A DNA stretch of 64,000 nt. Source: an uncultured delta proteobacterium (GTDB lineage Bacteria; Desulfobacterota; Binatia; UBA9968). The position numbers were made by a program, and so were the translations under genes. Positions 50,298 through 60,405 of the stretch are shown here, one piece after another (within the stretch, counting starts at the first letter, position 1; each line of letters starts with the position of its first letter). Where the stretch lies: assembly GCA_963737905.1 (NCBI GenBank), contig CAVTUQ010000038.1:1-64000 (forward strand), given 5' to 3'. The notes under the pieces are model-generated. The model had not been told where the DNA came from. It ran no database searches and saw only the letters and a program-made list of their open reading frames with translations.

Positions 50298-50681
50298 TCA
50301 GTTAGGCTTCTTGTATCTTGCCGTTGGAACGATTTCGGCGACGGTACCGCCGGGAGCTCGGAATTTGACCGGCACCACGCCCGGGTCGCTGATAATTTCG
50401 CAGCCCAGTTTGCCGATCTCCGCCACTGACTGGTCGAAATCCTCGACCTCAATCGCAAAGTGGTGAATGCACGGCCCCGATCCTGCGGCCAATGATTCCG
50501 CGGACTCTTCGCTGTCATATTTAATGAGTGCCAGGTCGATGGCACCGTCGCTCAGGTGACGCGATGTATGGTCTCTGACCTTGCTGGTTTCGACGGGCTG
50601 GAAACCAAATACTTTCTCGTAGAACTGGCTGCTCTTTTCCAAATCATCCACTTTTAGCGCAATATGAACGATGCGTGCCAT
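50298..50681 (-). CDS. VOC/glyoxalase family protein
   Basis: MARIVHIALKVDDLEKSSQFYEKVFG, HHFAIEVED. Confidence 0.85.
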   Translation of the reverse strand: MARIVHIALKVDDLEKSSQFYEKVFGFQPVETSKVRDHTSRHLSDGAIDLALIKYDSEESAESLAAGSGPCIHHFAIEVEDFDQSVAEIGKLGCEIISDPGVVPVKFRAPGGTVAEIVPTARYKKPN

Positions 50682-50854
50682 GTTTCCTCCTTTAGTTTTT
50701 TCCAGAGGTTTCTCGAATTTATGTCGCTCTAGAAATCGCAGCGTCGGGAGAGTCGAATGCATCTCTTCTATCAAGACCTGGGCAAAGGATGTCAAATCCC
50801 TCACGCGGCTCAGTCGTCGGAACTAACAGAGGCTGACGTACCGAGTATCAATGT

Positions 50855-51196
50855 TTAAAAAGTTACGACTCGCTTCTCGCTTGATAGACGCTTGAGCCCC
50901 CATTCATGCAACCCATCGATGATCGGCTTCAGGGTTTTCCCCGAAGCGGTCAGTGAATATTCCACCTTCGGCGGCACCTCCGGATAGATTCTCCGAGCAA
51001 TAATCCCGTCGCTTTCAAGCTCCCGCAGGTGCTGGGCGAGCATCTTTTCCGATATGCCGCTCAAGCGGCGGCGCAACTCGCTAAAGCGGCTCGCGCCGGA
51101 GAGCAGCTCGCGTAAAATCAAAAGCTTCCATTTCCCGCCGATAATCCCGAGGGTGGTTTCCGCCGGACAACGGGTGTCTTTTTTTCCACGCGCCAT
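50855..51196 (-). CDS. HxlR family winged-helix regulator
   Basis: CPAETTLGIIGGKWK, RFSEL, L.ELESDGII.R..YPEVPPKVEYSLT; divergent from pirin. Confidence 0.9.
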   Translation of the reverse strand: MARGKKDTRCPAETTLGIIGGKWKLLILRELLSGASRFSELRRRLSGISEKMLAQHLRELESDGIIARRIYPEVPPKVEYSLTASGKTLKPIIDGLHEWGLKRLSSEKRVVTF

Positions 51197-51349
51197 ACTT
51201 ACCTTGAGGTTAGACCATTACTTCAAAGTGTGTACTTTACAAGTTCAAAGACGTGGTTACACTGTTTTTAACGTCCTGCGCAAGAGAATCTCACTGCGGG
51301 ATTCCGGGGCACAAGGTATTGGAGTTTGGAGAGCAAGAAGGAGGCCGTC

Positions 51350-52207
51350 ATGAAGTCATTACCAAGACGCATCGAGAAAATCATTGAGCCGCAGGCAGTC
51401 GTAGAAGGGGCGGGCGTTAGGCTCAAAAGAAGCATCGGAACGCAAACTCTGGATTATCTCGATCCGTTTCTTTTGTTAGATCACTTTGCTTCCACGGATC
51501 GGCGCGACTACGAGGCCGGATTCCCCTTGCATCCTCATCGCGGCATTGAAACCGTGACGTATATTCTTTCTGGCGCCGTGCGCCACAAGGACACACTGGG
51601 CAATGCCGGAAGTATCGGCTCCGGCGACGTTCAATGGATGACGGCCGGTCGCGGTATCATGCATGAGGAAATGCCTCAGGTGCGCCCCGAGGGCATCGCG
51701 GGGTTTCAGTTGTGGGTTAATTTGCCGGCACATCTTAAAATGACCGTGCCGAAGTATCAAAATATTCTCGCCGCTGAAGTCCCCGAGATCAAAAGAGAAG
51801 ACGGTACCCTGATTCGGGTGATCACCGGGGAAGTCGACGGCACGCAGGGTCCCGTGAGCGGAATTGCGGCAAATCCGACGTATATGGATGTCTCCATCCC
51901 GCCGCACAGTAGGTTCACTCAGGTCATTGCCAGCGGCAACACGGCGTTCGCCTACCTGTTCCAGGGTGAGGCGAAATTTTTCGGCAGTGAGGACGAGAAA
52001 AAAGTTCTGATTCAGTCTCCCAAGCTGGTGGTTTGGGGCGACGGCGACTTCGTTGACATACTCACCAACGAAAACTCCGCGCGCTTCTTGCTGGTCTCCG
52101 GCAAACCATTGAACGAACCGGTGGCGCGCTACGGTCCTTTCGTCATGAACACGCGGGAAGAGATCGAGCAGGCGCTGCGCGATCTGCGCCAAGGGACCTT
52201 CGTATAG
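51350..52207 (+). CDS. Pirin family protein
   Basis: DPFLLLD, HPHRGIETVTY, QWMTAGRGIMHEE, QLWVNLP, GPFVMNT. Confidence 0.92.
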   Translation: MKSLPRRIEKIIEPQAVVEGAGVRLKRSIGTQTLDYLDPFLLLDHFASTDRRDYEAGFPLHPHRGIETVTYILSGAVRHKDTLGNAGSIGSGDVQWMTAGRGIMHEEMPQVRPEGIAGFQLWVNLPAHLKMTVPKYQNILAAEVPEIKREDGTLIRVITGEVDGTQGPVSGIAANPTYMDVSIPPHSRFTQVIASGNTAFAYLFQGEAKFFGSEDEKKVLIQSPKLVVWGDGDFVDILTNENSARFLLVSGKPLNEPVARYGPFVMNTREEIEQALRDLRQGTFV

Positions 52208-52316
52208 GCGACGACGCTACGGTCGCCGAGAGCTTGCCCGGCTTGGCAGAAGTGTGGTACGCATCTCGTTAGCTCCAATGAAGAGTCTCTCTGCCAAAGA
52301 ATAGGAGGAATGAATT

Positions 52317-52565
52317 ATGAGTATAATCGGGTGGATCATATTCGGTTTGATTGTTGGAATCATCGCCAAATTTCTTATGCCGGGCCGCGACCCCGGCGGA
52401 TTTATCATTACAACTCTACTCGGTATTGCCGGTGCTCTCGTGGGTGGATTCCTGGGTCGCTTTTTGGGGCTCTATGGCGAAGGGGATCAGGCTGGATACA
52501 TTATGGCAGTCGTGGGATCGATCGTCTTGCTTTTGATTTATCGCATGGCGTCGCGCCACGCATGA
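52317..52565 (+). CDS. GlsB/YeaQ/YmgE (transglycosylase-associated) membrane protein
   Basis: MSIIGWIIFGLIVGIIAKFLMPGRDPGG..LGIAGALVGG. Confidence 0.88.
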   Translation: MSIIGWIIFGLIVGIIAKFLMPGRDPGGFIITTLLGIAGALVGGFLGRFLGLYGEGDQAGYIMAVVGSIVLLLIYRMASRHA

Positions 52566-52598
52566 TTTCGACGCAATTTTTCCACTGCAAGAGGGGAG

Positions 52599-53327
52599 TT
52601 ACGGCTGTTTTATCAAACCGTTTAGCGGAGTCTGTGATACCTCGACCTTGCCGTGTACACATAGTCGAACAACGTTAACAGTCCCGGCGTACTCCGGCGA
52701 ACCCGAATAATAGGCGCTCACGTCGCCATTTCCTACCGGCGTCGCCTGATTCCAATGCCCAAGGGCGATATAATCGGAGCCGGTTGCAATCAGTTCTTCG
52801 CGATGAATGAGCCAAGAGCCGATCAACCGGTTCGGGTCCCTTGCTTCGTCGACATAATGACCGTGGGCGGCGGCGAGCTGCCATCGGGTGGATCGCGGCC
52901 TTGGATCCGCGAGCGGCGACATGTCGGCATAGTCGAGATGGGCCCGCCCCCAGATCTCGAGTTCAAATTCGGAAAAAGTCACGGCTCCATCGACATTGAG
53001 TCCTAAGATTCGGACATTCGGAATATTGGCGAGTCCGCCTCTTCGATACACTGAGTCAGGAGTGAGCGGGTCATGGTTTCCGGGGAGAATGACAATGGAA
53101 TTCCGGTAGTCGCGCATCATTTGAGCGGCGCGCTCCAGCAATTCGAGAGGTTGGCGATGATTGTCGAATGTATCCCCCGCTAACAGGACAACGTCAGCAC
53201 GTACCGCCTTTGCCGTAGCCAAAACCTTAGGAAGCACTGCAAGAGAATCGGAGTTGCTGAAGCTGTCATCTACGCCGAGGTGCAGATCCGAGCTGTGAAC
53301 GATAACCGCTTCTGGGTAAGGAGTCAT
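52599..53327 (-). CDS. Metallophosphoesterase (SbcD/Mre11-like)
   Basis: HSSDLHLG, AGDTFD, PGNHD, AHGH, DYIALGHW. Confidence 0.8.
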   Translation of the reverse strand: MTPYPEAVIVHSSDLHLGVDDSFSNSDSLAVLPKVLATAKAVRADVVLLAGDTFDNHRQPLELLERAAQMMRDYRNSIVILPGNHDPLTPDSVYRRGGLANIPNVRILGLNVDGAVTFSEFELEIWGRAHLDYADMSPLADPRPRSTRWQLAAAHGHYVDEARDPNRLIGSWLIHREELIATGSDYIALGHWNQATPVGNGDVSAYYSGSPEYAGTVNVVRLCVHGKVEVSQTPLNGLIKQP

Positions 53328-53402
53328 GGTCAATGGATCCCGGAGCAAGTGGGCTTAAGCTAGCAAATGTGCCCACAAAAGGAAAGCCGAACTAAGAAAC
53401 AG

Positions 53403-53432
53403 AAAAGGGCCGTTGGGAACGGCCCTTTTTTT
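53403..53432. terminator. Rho-independent terminator (potentially bidirectional)
   Basis: AAAAGGGCCGTT-GGG-AACGGCCCTTTTTTT. Confidence 0.8.
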
Positions 53433-53473
53433 CGAGCCTTGGCGGGAAAGAGCTCGAAAAGCCCTGTGGCGAA

Positions 53474-53770
53474 TTATTTGGTCTTCGTCTTAGTGGCGGC
53501 TTTCGTTTTTCCGGCGTCTTTGACTTCGACGCTGGACGCGGTCATCTTGTAATGGACAGTAACCTTGGAGCCTTTCTTGAGTTCGCCGTCAACTTTAGTG
53601 TTTTTATCGCGGCCGATCTCCCATTTCTCTTTGCCCTTCTCAACAGTAATCATATCATCGGCTACGTCGAGAACAGGGCCGGTAACTTGATAGTCCTTGG
53701 GTCCGGCAGCGATGGCTACCGAAGTCAGTAAGAAAACAGCCGCAAACATGCTCAGAATACGCTGCGTCAT
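53474..53770 (-). CDS. Small secreted OB-fold-like hypothetical protein
   Basis: AGGAGG RBS; signal peptide; YQVTGPVL..VEKGKEKWEI..KVTVHYKMTA. Confidence 0.75.
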   Translation of the reverse strand: MTQRILSMFAAVFLLTSVAIAAGPKDYQVTGPVLDVADDMITVEKGKEKWEIGRDKNTKVDGELKKGSKVTVHYKMTASSVEVKDAGKTKAATKTKTK

Positions 53771-54148
53771 AAATCCTCCTTTAAAAAAATTGATTTTCCC
53801 TGGCAAAGAATCGTCCCGCCTGTCCACCACGACCCGATTGCTTGGTTCTTGAAAATTTGGCCGAACGCTGCCGATGCTACTTCAAATGGGGTCCTATTTA
53901 CAAACACGAATTTCTGCAAATTAAATTAGGTACGGTTCTTTAACGCTGAAGGGAGTGAATCTGTTGAGATCGGATTTTGTACCGCCCTCCGCTCGACACC
54001 ATGCCTCGTTCGTTCCTGATGCCTTAGACATGTGAAGTTTGGCTTTAATTCACGCTGCGCCTGGTTTATATATTAACTACTTGATTTTATCGACTATTTT
54101 CTAAGCGCTGCAAAGGACTGAGTTATTGATAAATAAAGGAGGGTGCCT

Positions 54149-55600
54149 ATGCCAGAAGGGCTGCCCATCGCAAAAGGAAACCTAGATCACCTGTTACTGC
54201 CGCGAATGGTCAATCGCCACGGTCTCATTGCCGGTGCCACCGGAACAGGAAAGACCGTCACCTTGCGGATCATCGCGGAGAATCTAAGCCGTATCGGAGT
54301 TCCGGTTTTCATGGCTGACGTGAAGGGAGACCTATCGGGCATCGCCCATCCAGGGCAAGAGAGCCCAAAAATCGCGGAACGTGTCTCAAAGCTCGGAGTC
54401 GAGAACTTCCAGTACGCGGGCTACCCGACCGTTTTTTGGGATCTTTACGGCCAGCAGGGCCATCCCGTGCGGACGACTATTTCTGACATGGGGCCCCTGC
54501 TGATGGCGCGGTTACTCAATCTCAATGAAACGCAAAGCGGGGTACTGACTCTGGCTTTTAAGATTGCCGACGACAATGGTCTCTTGCTTCTCGATCTCAA
54601 AGACCTGCGCGCGATGCTGCAGCATGTCGGCGACAACGCGGCTCAATTCAAAACCCAATACGGCAACGTCTCGACGGCCAGCATCGGCGCTATCCAGCGC
54701 GCGTTGTTGGCGCTCGAAGAGCAGGGAGCGGATAACTTCTTTGGCGAACCAGCGCTCGATCTCGACGACATGATGCAGACGGATACGAAGGGACGCGGTG
54801 TCGTCAACATTCTCGTCGCCGATAAACTCATCAATGCGCCTAAACTCTACGCCACGTTCCTGCTTTGGATGCTGGCCGAGCTCTTCGAGCGCTTGCCGGA
54901 GGTCGGCGATCCGGAGAAACCCAAGCTGGTGTTCTTTTTCGATGAAGCGCACTTGCTTTTCGACGATGCGCCCAAAGCTTTGCTGGAAAAAATTGAACAG
55001 GTGGTGAGGTTAATCCGTTCCAAGGGAATCGGCGTTTATTTCGTCACGCAAAACCCGCTCGACGTGCCGGATGTGGTTCTTGGACAGCTGGGCAACCGCG
55101 TACAGCACGCACTCCGCGCCTTCACGCCGCGTGATCAGAAGGCCGTCAAAGCGGCGGCGCAAACGTTCCGACAGAATCCAAAACTTGATGTCGAAGCGGC
55201 CATCACTGAGCTCGGTGTCGGCGAAGCGCTGGTTTCGTTCCTCGACGAGAAGGGACGGCCGAGTATCGTTGACCGCGCGTTGATCTATCCGCCGCAAAGC
55301 CAACTGCCGCCGCTCTCACCGGCGGAGCGCGAGAACATCATCAAACAGTCGAGCATCTTCGGCCATTACGAAAAAGTCGTCGATCGGGAATCAGCCTACG
55401 AAATGTTGAAGGGGCGTGCGCCGCAAGCAGAGAAATCGACAACACCAGCAGGAAAGACCTGGCAGTCGGAAGTCGCAGGCACTCTCAGTGCTGTAGGCAA
55501 AAGCGCGGCGCGCGCTATGGGAACTCAGGTCGGGCGGGAGATCATGCGCGGCGTTTTAGGGTCGATATTTGGAAGCACTACGACACGGCGAAGGCGTTAG
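54149..55600 (+). CDS. HerA-like ATPase, DUF853/YjgR family
   Basis: [46 protein letters not shown]. Confidence 0.9.
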   Translation: MPEGLPIAKGNLDHLLLPRMVNRHGLIAGATGTGKTVTLRIIAENLSRIGVPVFMADVKGDLSGIAHPGQESPKIAERVSKLGVENFQYAGYPTVFWDLYGQQGHPVRTTISDMGPLLMARLLNLNETQSGVLTLAFKIADDNGLLLLDLKDLRAMLQHVGDNAAQFKTQYGNVSTASIGAIQRALLALEEQGADNFFGEPALDLDDMMQTDTKGRGVVNILVADKLINAPKLYATFLLWMLAELFERLPEVGDPEKPKLVFFFDEAHLLFDDAPKALLEKIEQVVRLIRSKGIGVYFVTQNPLDVPDVVLGQLGNRVQHALRAFTPRDQKAVKAAAQTFRQNPKLDVEAAITELGVGEALVSFLDEKGRPSIVDRALIYPPQSQLPPLSPAERENIIKQSSIFGHYEKVVDRESAYEMLKGRAPQAEKSTTPAGKTWQSEVAGTLSAVGKSAARAMGTQVGREIMRGVLGSIFGSTTTRRRR

Positions 55601-55626
55601 CTGCATGTTGTCTCGCGGTTGTACGT

Positions 55627-56799
55627 TTACGGTCGCTCCAGTGATAGCGACTCGTAGGTTGTGTCCCCGCGAACAGCATATACGGGAACCAGCGCTTGTC
55701 GCGCCTGAATCGTTCCTTTTTGAGAATCCACGGCTTTCCACTCGCGCTCTTCGAGGCGCAAAACAGAAATATCAGCAGGGCAACCGACGCGGATAAAACC
55801 AAGTTCGGCGCTTCGGCCCAGGAGCTTGGCTGCATTCACCGTTGCCATCTCGACCACTTGGTTCAACGAAAACCCGAGAGCCATCAACTTAGCCATCGTT
55901 GTCGGCAAATCGTAGACAGGACCCGCTCGGTTACCTCGGTGGCCGTCGGTGGAGACGCCGTCCGGGAAAAGTTCTTGATCGAGAACTTTTCGCGCGACGT
56001 CGAAATTTAGATTGTGCAGTCCGTGGCCCACGTCCATAAGGACGCCGGACTCCTTGGCATCGCGCACCTGCGGCCAGAGCTTGCCGTTCGGATCCAGCAA
56101 CCCGCCAGGGTGAGCAGTAAACATATGGGTTACGATATCTCCCTCCCGCAAATATTTGAGCACGTCGCCGATCGGGGGCGGTGTTGCGTCTTTGGTCCAG
56201 CTCTCGCCGATATGGACCAGGAGCGGGATCTTCAGGTTGTCGCCGAGCTTTCGTGCCCGTGCTAGCGGTGTCAGCCCTTCTCCGCCCAGCGCCCCGCCGG
56301 TGGCCATGATCTTGATGCCGACGATGATGTCGCGATTGGCGTCCACAGCTTTTTCGATCTTATCTTCGTCGATCAGGCGCGGGTCGGCGAGGATGCTATA
56401 ACCCGGCCCGGTCACGCCGCCCAACGTGGAAAGATTGACGTAGTTGAGCACCCGTGTCTTGGCGTTTTTCGTGACGTAATTGCGAAACACTTGAAGGAGA
56501 CTATGGCCTGCGCTGCCGGCGTCCACGACCGTCGTAACCCCGGAACCGACGCCAAAAATATCGGGGTCCACACCGAAAGCGCCGAGACCGTTCATCAAAT
56601 GCAGATGAACATCGATTAGGCCCGGCGTCACAATGCAATCTTTGACGTCAACAACTGTCGCGCCTTCGGCCTTGAGATCCGCTCCAATGGCCTCCACAAC
56701 GCCGTCGCGGACATGAATGTCCTGCTCTCTGTCTAGGCCGCTGGCGGGGTCGAGGAGCCGGCCACGTTTGAGGATGAAGTTTCTTGATTGCCTATCCAT
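55627..56799 (-). CDS. Amidohydrolase/deacetylase (dihydroorotase-like) metallohydrolase
   Basis: PGLIDVHLH, GVTTVVDAGSAG, GDIVTH, DVGHG, STD. Confidence 0.85.
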   Translation of the reverse strand: MDRQSRNFILKRGRLLDPASGLDREQDIHVRDGVVEAIGADLKAEGATVVDVKDCIVTPGLIDVHLHLMNGLGAFGVDPDIFGVGSGVTTVVDAGSAGHSLLQVFRNYVTKNAKTRVLNYVNLSTLGGVTGPGYSILADPRLIDEDKIEKAVDANRDIIVGIKIMATGGALGGEGLTPLARARKLGDNLKIPLLVHIGESWTKDATPPPIGDVLKYLREGDIVTHMFTAHPGGLLDPNGKLWPQVRDAKESGVLMDVGHGLHNLNFDVARKVLDQELFPDGVSTDGHRGNRAGPVYDLPTTMAKLMALGFSLNQVVEMATVNAAKLLGRSAELGFIRVGCPADISVLRLEEREWKAVDSQKGTIQARQALVPVYAVRGDTTYESLSLERP

Positions 56800-56883
56800 G
56801 TTCGTATTCCCAATAACTTGACTTGCTCAAGGTGTGCAAAGCCTAGGTCGACGGGCGGTGTGACCCATTTGTTTGATCAGCAG

Positions 56884-58146
56884 CTACCCCAGAGTCCGCT
56901 TCCCGACCCATTTCTGAAGTACCTCTGGCACTGCCACAGTCCCGTCAGCCCGCTGATTTTGTTCCAGGATTGCGGGGAGTAGCCGGCTCGTTGCCAGCCC
57001 AGATGCATTCAGCGTGTGCAGATATTCCGGTCGTCCAGTGCTGCCGCGGCGAAAGCGAATACTACCGCGGCGTGCCTGATAATCCCTAGCATTGGAAGCC
57101 GAGCTCACCTCCTTGAATTCGTGCATGCTCGGTATCCATATTTCGATATCGTAAGTTCTAGCCATCGAAGCGCTCGTGTCCCCCGCTGCCAGTTTGCTCA
57201 CTCGATGATAGAGTCCCAATCCCTCAACCAATTTTTGTGCTTTGCCAACCAGTTCCTCAAAGGCCGAGTCCGATTCCTCCGGCCTTGTGAAGGCAAACAT
57301 CTCCACTTTGTTGAATTGATGTCCCCGGACACTGCCTCTCTCCTCCGTACGATAGCTTCCAGCCTCCCGCCGGTAACAAGGGGTGTAAGCAAAATATCGC
57401 TTCGGCAGTTCGTCCTCGCTCAAAATTTCGTCCCGGTGGAGGTTTATGATCGCGGTTTCGGCTGTCGGTAAAAGGAAGCTATCCTGACCCTTCAAGTGAA
57501 ACACGTCGTCAGCGAATTTGGGAAACTGGCCGGCTGTGTAGCCGCACTGATCGGTAAGAATGTGCGGCGGCAATATAAACTCGTAACCATCCGAGAGGTG
57601 TGTCTCGACGAAGTAATTAAGCAAGGCCCATTCGAGACGCGCGCCATCGCCGCGATATAACCAATATCCGCTTCCCCCGAGTTTCACGCCGCGCTCATAA
57701 TCTATTAGCCCGAGGTTCGTAGCCAACGCCACGTGATCCTCAGGTTTGAAGTCAAACTTCGGCTCTGTGCCCCAGACCGTCAATACTTGGTTACACTCCT
57801 TGCCCCCGGCAGGAACGTCCGGATCTGGGATATTCGGGAGTGCCTCCAGAAAAGACCGAATCCTTCCCTCTATGTCTTCGAGCGACCCCTCCAGCTCTTT
57901 AATCTTGCGCGACAGCTCTTTCATTTGCGCCTGGAGCTCAGTCGTATCTTCTTTTCTTTGCTTCATCGCGCCGATACGAGATGAAGTGCTGTTCCGCGTC
58001 TCGCGCAGGGTATCAATTTCGGTAATCAGGGATCGCCGATCCCGGTCCCAGGACAGGAGATCGTGAAAATCGACTTCGTCCATCCGCTTGAGCAAGGACT
58101 GACGGACTTCTTCGGGCCTTTCGCGGATCGATCGAATGTCTAGCAT
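56884..58146 (-). CDS. serS: Serine--tRNA ligase
   Basis: MLDI..IR, LPNIP, LLPTAE, CYRREAG, RGHQFNKVE, EVSSASN..DYQARR, HTLNASGLA. Confidence 0.95.
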   Translation of the reverse strand: MLDIRSIRERPEEVRQSLLKRMDEVDFHDLLSWDRDRRSLITEIDTLRETRNSTSSRIGAMKQRKEDTTELQAQMKELSRKIKELEGSLEDIEGRIRSFLEALPNIPDPDVPAGGKECNQVLTVWGTEPKFDFKPEDHVALATNLGLIDYERGVKLGGSGYWLYRGDGARLEWALLNYFVETHLSDGYEFILPPHILTDQCGYTAGQFPKFADDVFHLKGQDSFLLPTAETAIINLHRDEILSEDELPKRYFAYTPCYRREAGSYRTEERGSVRGHQFNKVEMFAFTRPEESDSAFEELVGKAQKLVEGLGLYHRVSKLAAGDTSASMARTYDIEIWIPSMHEFKEVSSASNARDYQARRGSIRFRRGSTGRPEYLHTLNASGLATSRLLPAILEQNQRADGTVAVPEVLQKWVGKRTLG

Positions 58147-58160
58147 GCTGGTCTTTCCCT

Positions 58161-58286
58161 TTACTTTTTCAGTCGTGGGAAATAGTGGATCATCACATCT
58201 GCCTGCACCATTTCCAACGCAAAACCGCCGTGTGACTTAGCATTCACATACGGAATCGCTGTTGATACGAATGCTGTTTGTGACAT
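58161..58286 (-). pseudogene. 41-aa ORF resembling the N-terminus of methionyl-tRNA synthetase
   Basis: MSQTAFVSTAIPYVNAKSHGGFALEMVQADVMIHYFPRLKK resembles MetRS TTAIPYVN-x-x-PHIG-x-ALE-x-x-QAD; not in ORF track. Confidence 0.65.
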
Positions 58287-58343
58287 GGTTCACTTGCGTC
58301 TTATTACCGGATGTAATGCGGCGACACGAACTTTATAGCAACT

Positions 58344-59096
58344 TTACCTCTTGCACACGAAATATAACCGGTTCGATTTACCGGATGGTTTCCCGCCTAG
58401 GACATCAATTACTTTAACGTTAGTGAATTGTTTTTGAAGCGCGTCTCTTACCTGCTCCACAGGAAAGGAGATTTGCTTGAGATCCTCCTCGAAGAGTTTG
58501 TACCTGCTACCGCTCTGATGTTCAAAGACCTTAACGTTCCAATTAGCGATACTCCGCCCGCCATCGGTGACTTTTACAAGCTCCAAGTTCTGGCCAAATT
58601 TACTCACCCACGTCGGCGCGTTTATCAGACGTTCCAGCTTCGGTTCGGTATTGATATCGAAAAGAAACAACCCATCCTCTTCAAGATGTCGCGCAGCGTT
58701 GCCGAATATTTTCTTCCAATCAGCAAACCTTAACACGTGGTTGATGGAGTCGAACACACAAATGATCACATCAAACTGTCTCCCAAAGTCGAAATTGATC
58801 ATGTCCTTGCGATAGAACCGCACGTGAGGCAACTTCTTGCGGGCGATCGCAAGCATCTGGTGCGATAGGTCGAGCCCGACCACGTCATAGTATTTCGCAA
58901 GAAACTTGAGAATAGCGCCGGTGCCGCAGGCTAGCTCCAACAGTGTTCTTGCCTTGGGCCTGTGCTGACGGATGAGGCGGTGAATGTAGGCTGCCATCTC
59001 CCTCCTATCTCCCATGGCGGCGTCATAGAATCTGGCTAATTTCTCGTGATTTTTCGTTGACGATTGTTTGGCTGAGGCCGAGATCTTCACTAACAC
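58344..59096 (-). CDS. Class I SAM-dependent methyltransferase
   Basis: LLELACGTG, GLDLSHQML, FDVIICVFDSINH. Confidence 0.88.
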   Translation of the reverse strand: MLVKISASAKQSSTKNHEKLARFYDAAMGDRREMAAYIHRLIRQHRPKARTLLELACGTGAILKFLAKYYDVVGLDLSHQMLAIARKKLPHVRFYRKDMINFDFGRQFDVIICVFDSINHVLRFADWKKIFGNAARHLEEDGLFLFDINTEPKLERLINAPTWVSKFGQNLELVKVTDGGRSIANWNVKVFEHQSGSRYKLFEEDLKQISFPVEQVRDALQKQFTNVKVIDVLGGKPSGKSNRLYFVCKR

Positions 59097-59109
59097 CCGG
59101 AGCCTCTTC

Positions 59110-60315
59110 TCAGTCGTCGAGCAGCCGGAGCGCCACGGCCGCGTGAAGAGCTATGCCAACGGCCATTGCATCCTCGTTTAGAATCATCTGGGGCGAGTGA
59201 ACATCTGCGACGGGACCCTGCCCCTCAGGCTGCGCTCCCAGAAAGGCCATGGCACCGGGGACACGCTGTAGGATATAGGAAAAATCTTCGCTGGGCATGA
59301 TGGGCGTCGGCAACAGTAGGAAATGATCTTTGCCCAATAGGTTCCGGCTTACCTCACCGACCGCCGTGACAACGCCGGGGTCGTTGACGACAGGAGGATA
59401 ACCAGGCTCTACGATGACTTCCGCTTCCGCTCCATGTGCGGAGGCAATGTTCGCTGCGAGTTCCCGGACCGCGCTGAATAGTTGTAAACGCGTCTCTTCC
59501 GATACTGCTCTAATCGTCCCTGTCAAAGTCGCCGCCTCCGGGATCGCGCCTAAGTCATGTGATCCGGCCTGAATAGCCGTGACTGTAACCACCGCGGGCT
59601 CGAAGGCCTTGACGCGCCGGGTGACATAGGTCTGCAGCGCAATTACGACTTCCGAGGCGATCGGAATCGGATCAACAGCATGGTGAGGCTCAGCTGGATG
59701 TCCGGCGCGCCCTTTGATAACGATCCTGAACGTGCCTGCCCCGGCCATGGTAGGTCCGGGTCGGCTAAAGACCGCGCCGCTCGGCTGCCTTGGTGTGATG
59801 TGAATAGCGAATGCGGCGTCAGGAGCGCCGTAGCGGTCGAGCAAACCTTCCTCGATCATGAGTCGTGCTCCGGCGTATCCCTCTTCTCCAGGTTGAAATG
59901 CGAAGATGACTTTGCCGACGATGTGGTCTCGATGCATGGCGAGCAGACGCGCGGCGCCAACGAGCATTGCCGTGTGAGCATCGTGACCGCACGCATGCAT
60001 CGCTCCGTCGATTTCAGAAGCGTAATCGAGACCCGTCGCTTCCAGGAGTTTCAGTGCATCCATGTCGCCCCGGAGCAGCACCGTGCGTCCGGGCGCACAA
60101 CCCTCGAGAAGGGCGATAACGGACGACAGTTGTTTTCCCGTTGCGATTTGGAGATTTAGGCCACCAAGCGCATCGATAATCGCACTTTGCGTGTGCGGGA
60201 GTGTGAGGCCTATCTCCGGACGCCGGTGGATCCGACGCCGAAGCTGGATCACATCGGGAAGAATTCTTTGTGCTTCATGGAGAAGAAGTTTAGGATCGTC
60301 CGACATTTCACTCAT
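59110..60315 (-). CDS. M20 family amidohydrolase (hippurate hydrolase-like)
   Basis: RRRIHRRPE, LRGDMDAL, MHACGHDAH, FQPGEEG, SEDF. Confidence 0.9.
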   Translation of the reverse strand: MSEMSDDPKLLLHEAQRILPDVIQLRRRIHRRPEIGLTLPHTQSAIIDALGGLNLQIATGKQLSSVIALLEGCAPGRTVLLRGDMDALKLLEATGLDYASEIDGAMHACGHDAHTAMLVGAARLLAMHRDHIVGKVIFAFQPGEEGYAGARLMIEEGLLDRYGAPDAAFAIHITPRQPSGAVFSRPGPTMAGAGTFRIVIKGRAGHPAEPHHAVDPIPIASEVVIALQTYVTRRVKAFEPAVVTVTAIQAGSHDLGAIPEAATLTGTIRAVSEETRLQLFSAVRELAANIASAHGAEAEVIVEPGYPPVVNDPGVVTAVGEVSRNLLGKDHFLLLPTPIMPSEDFSYILQRVPGAMAFLGAQPEGQGPVADVHSPQMILNEDAMAVGIALHAAVALRLLDD

Positions 60316-60405
60316 CGCGTATCAACTTTGAATAAACATCCTCGTACTTCAGAAGCGTGATGTGGTCAATTTGATTTCACTGGCCTCTCGCGACCACTCA
60401 CACTC

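Noticed and set aside
52599-55600. Metallophosphoesterase near a HerA-like ATPase as a HerA/Mre11-type defence or repair system
   Set aside because: They are on opposite strands and separated by another gene and a terminator. DUF853 is a common stand-alone gene, and no NurA or Rad50 is present.
58147-58343. T-box riboswitch upstream of serS
   Set aside because: No T-box consensus (GGTGGNACCGCG) or terminator was seen; the space is occupied by the MetRS-like ORF.
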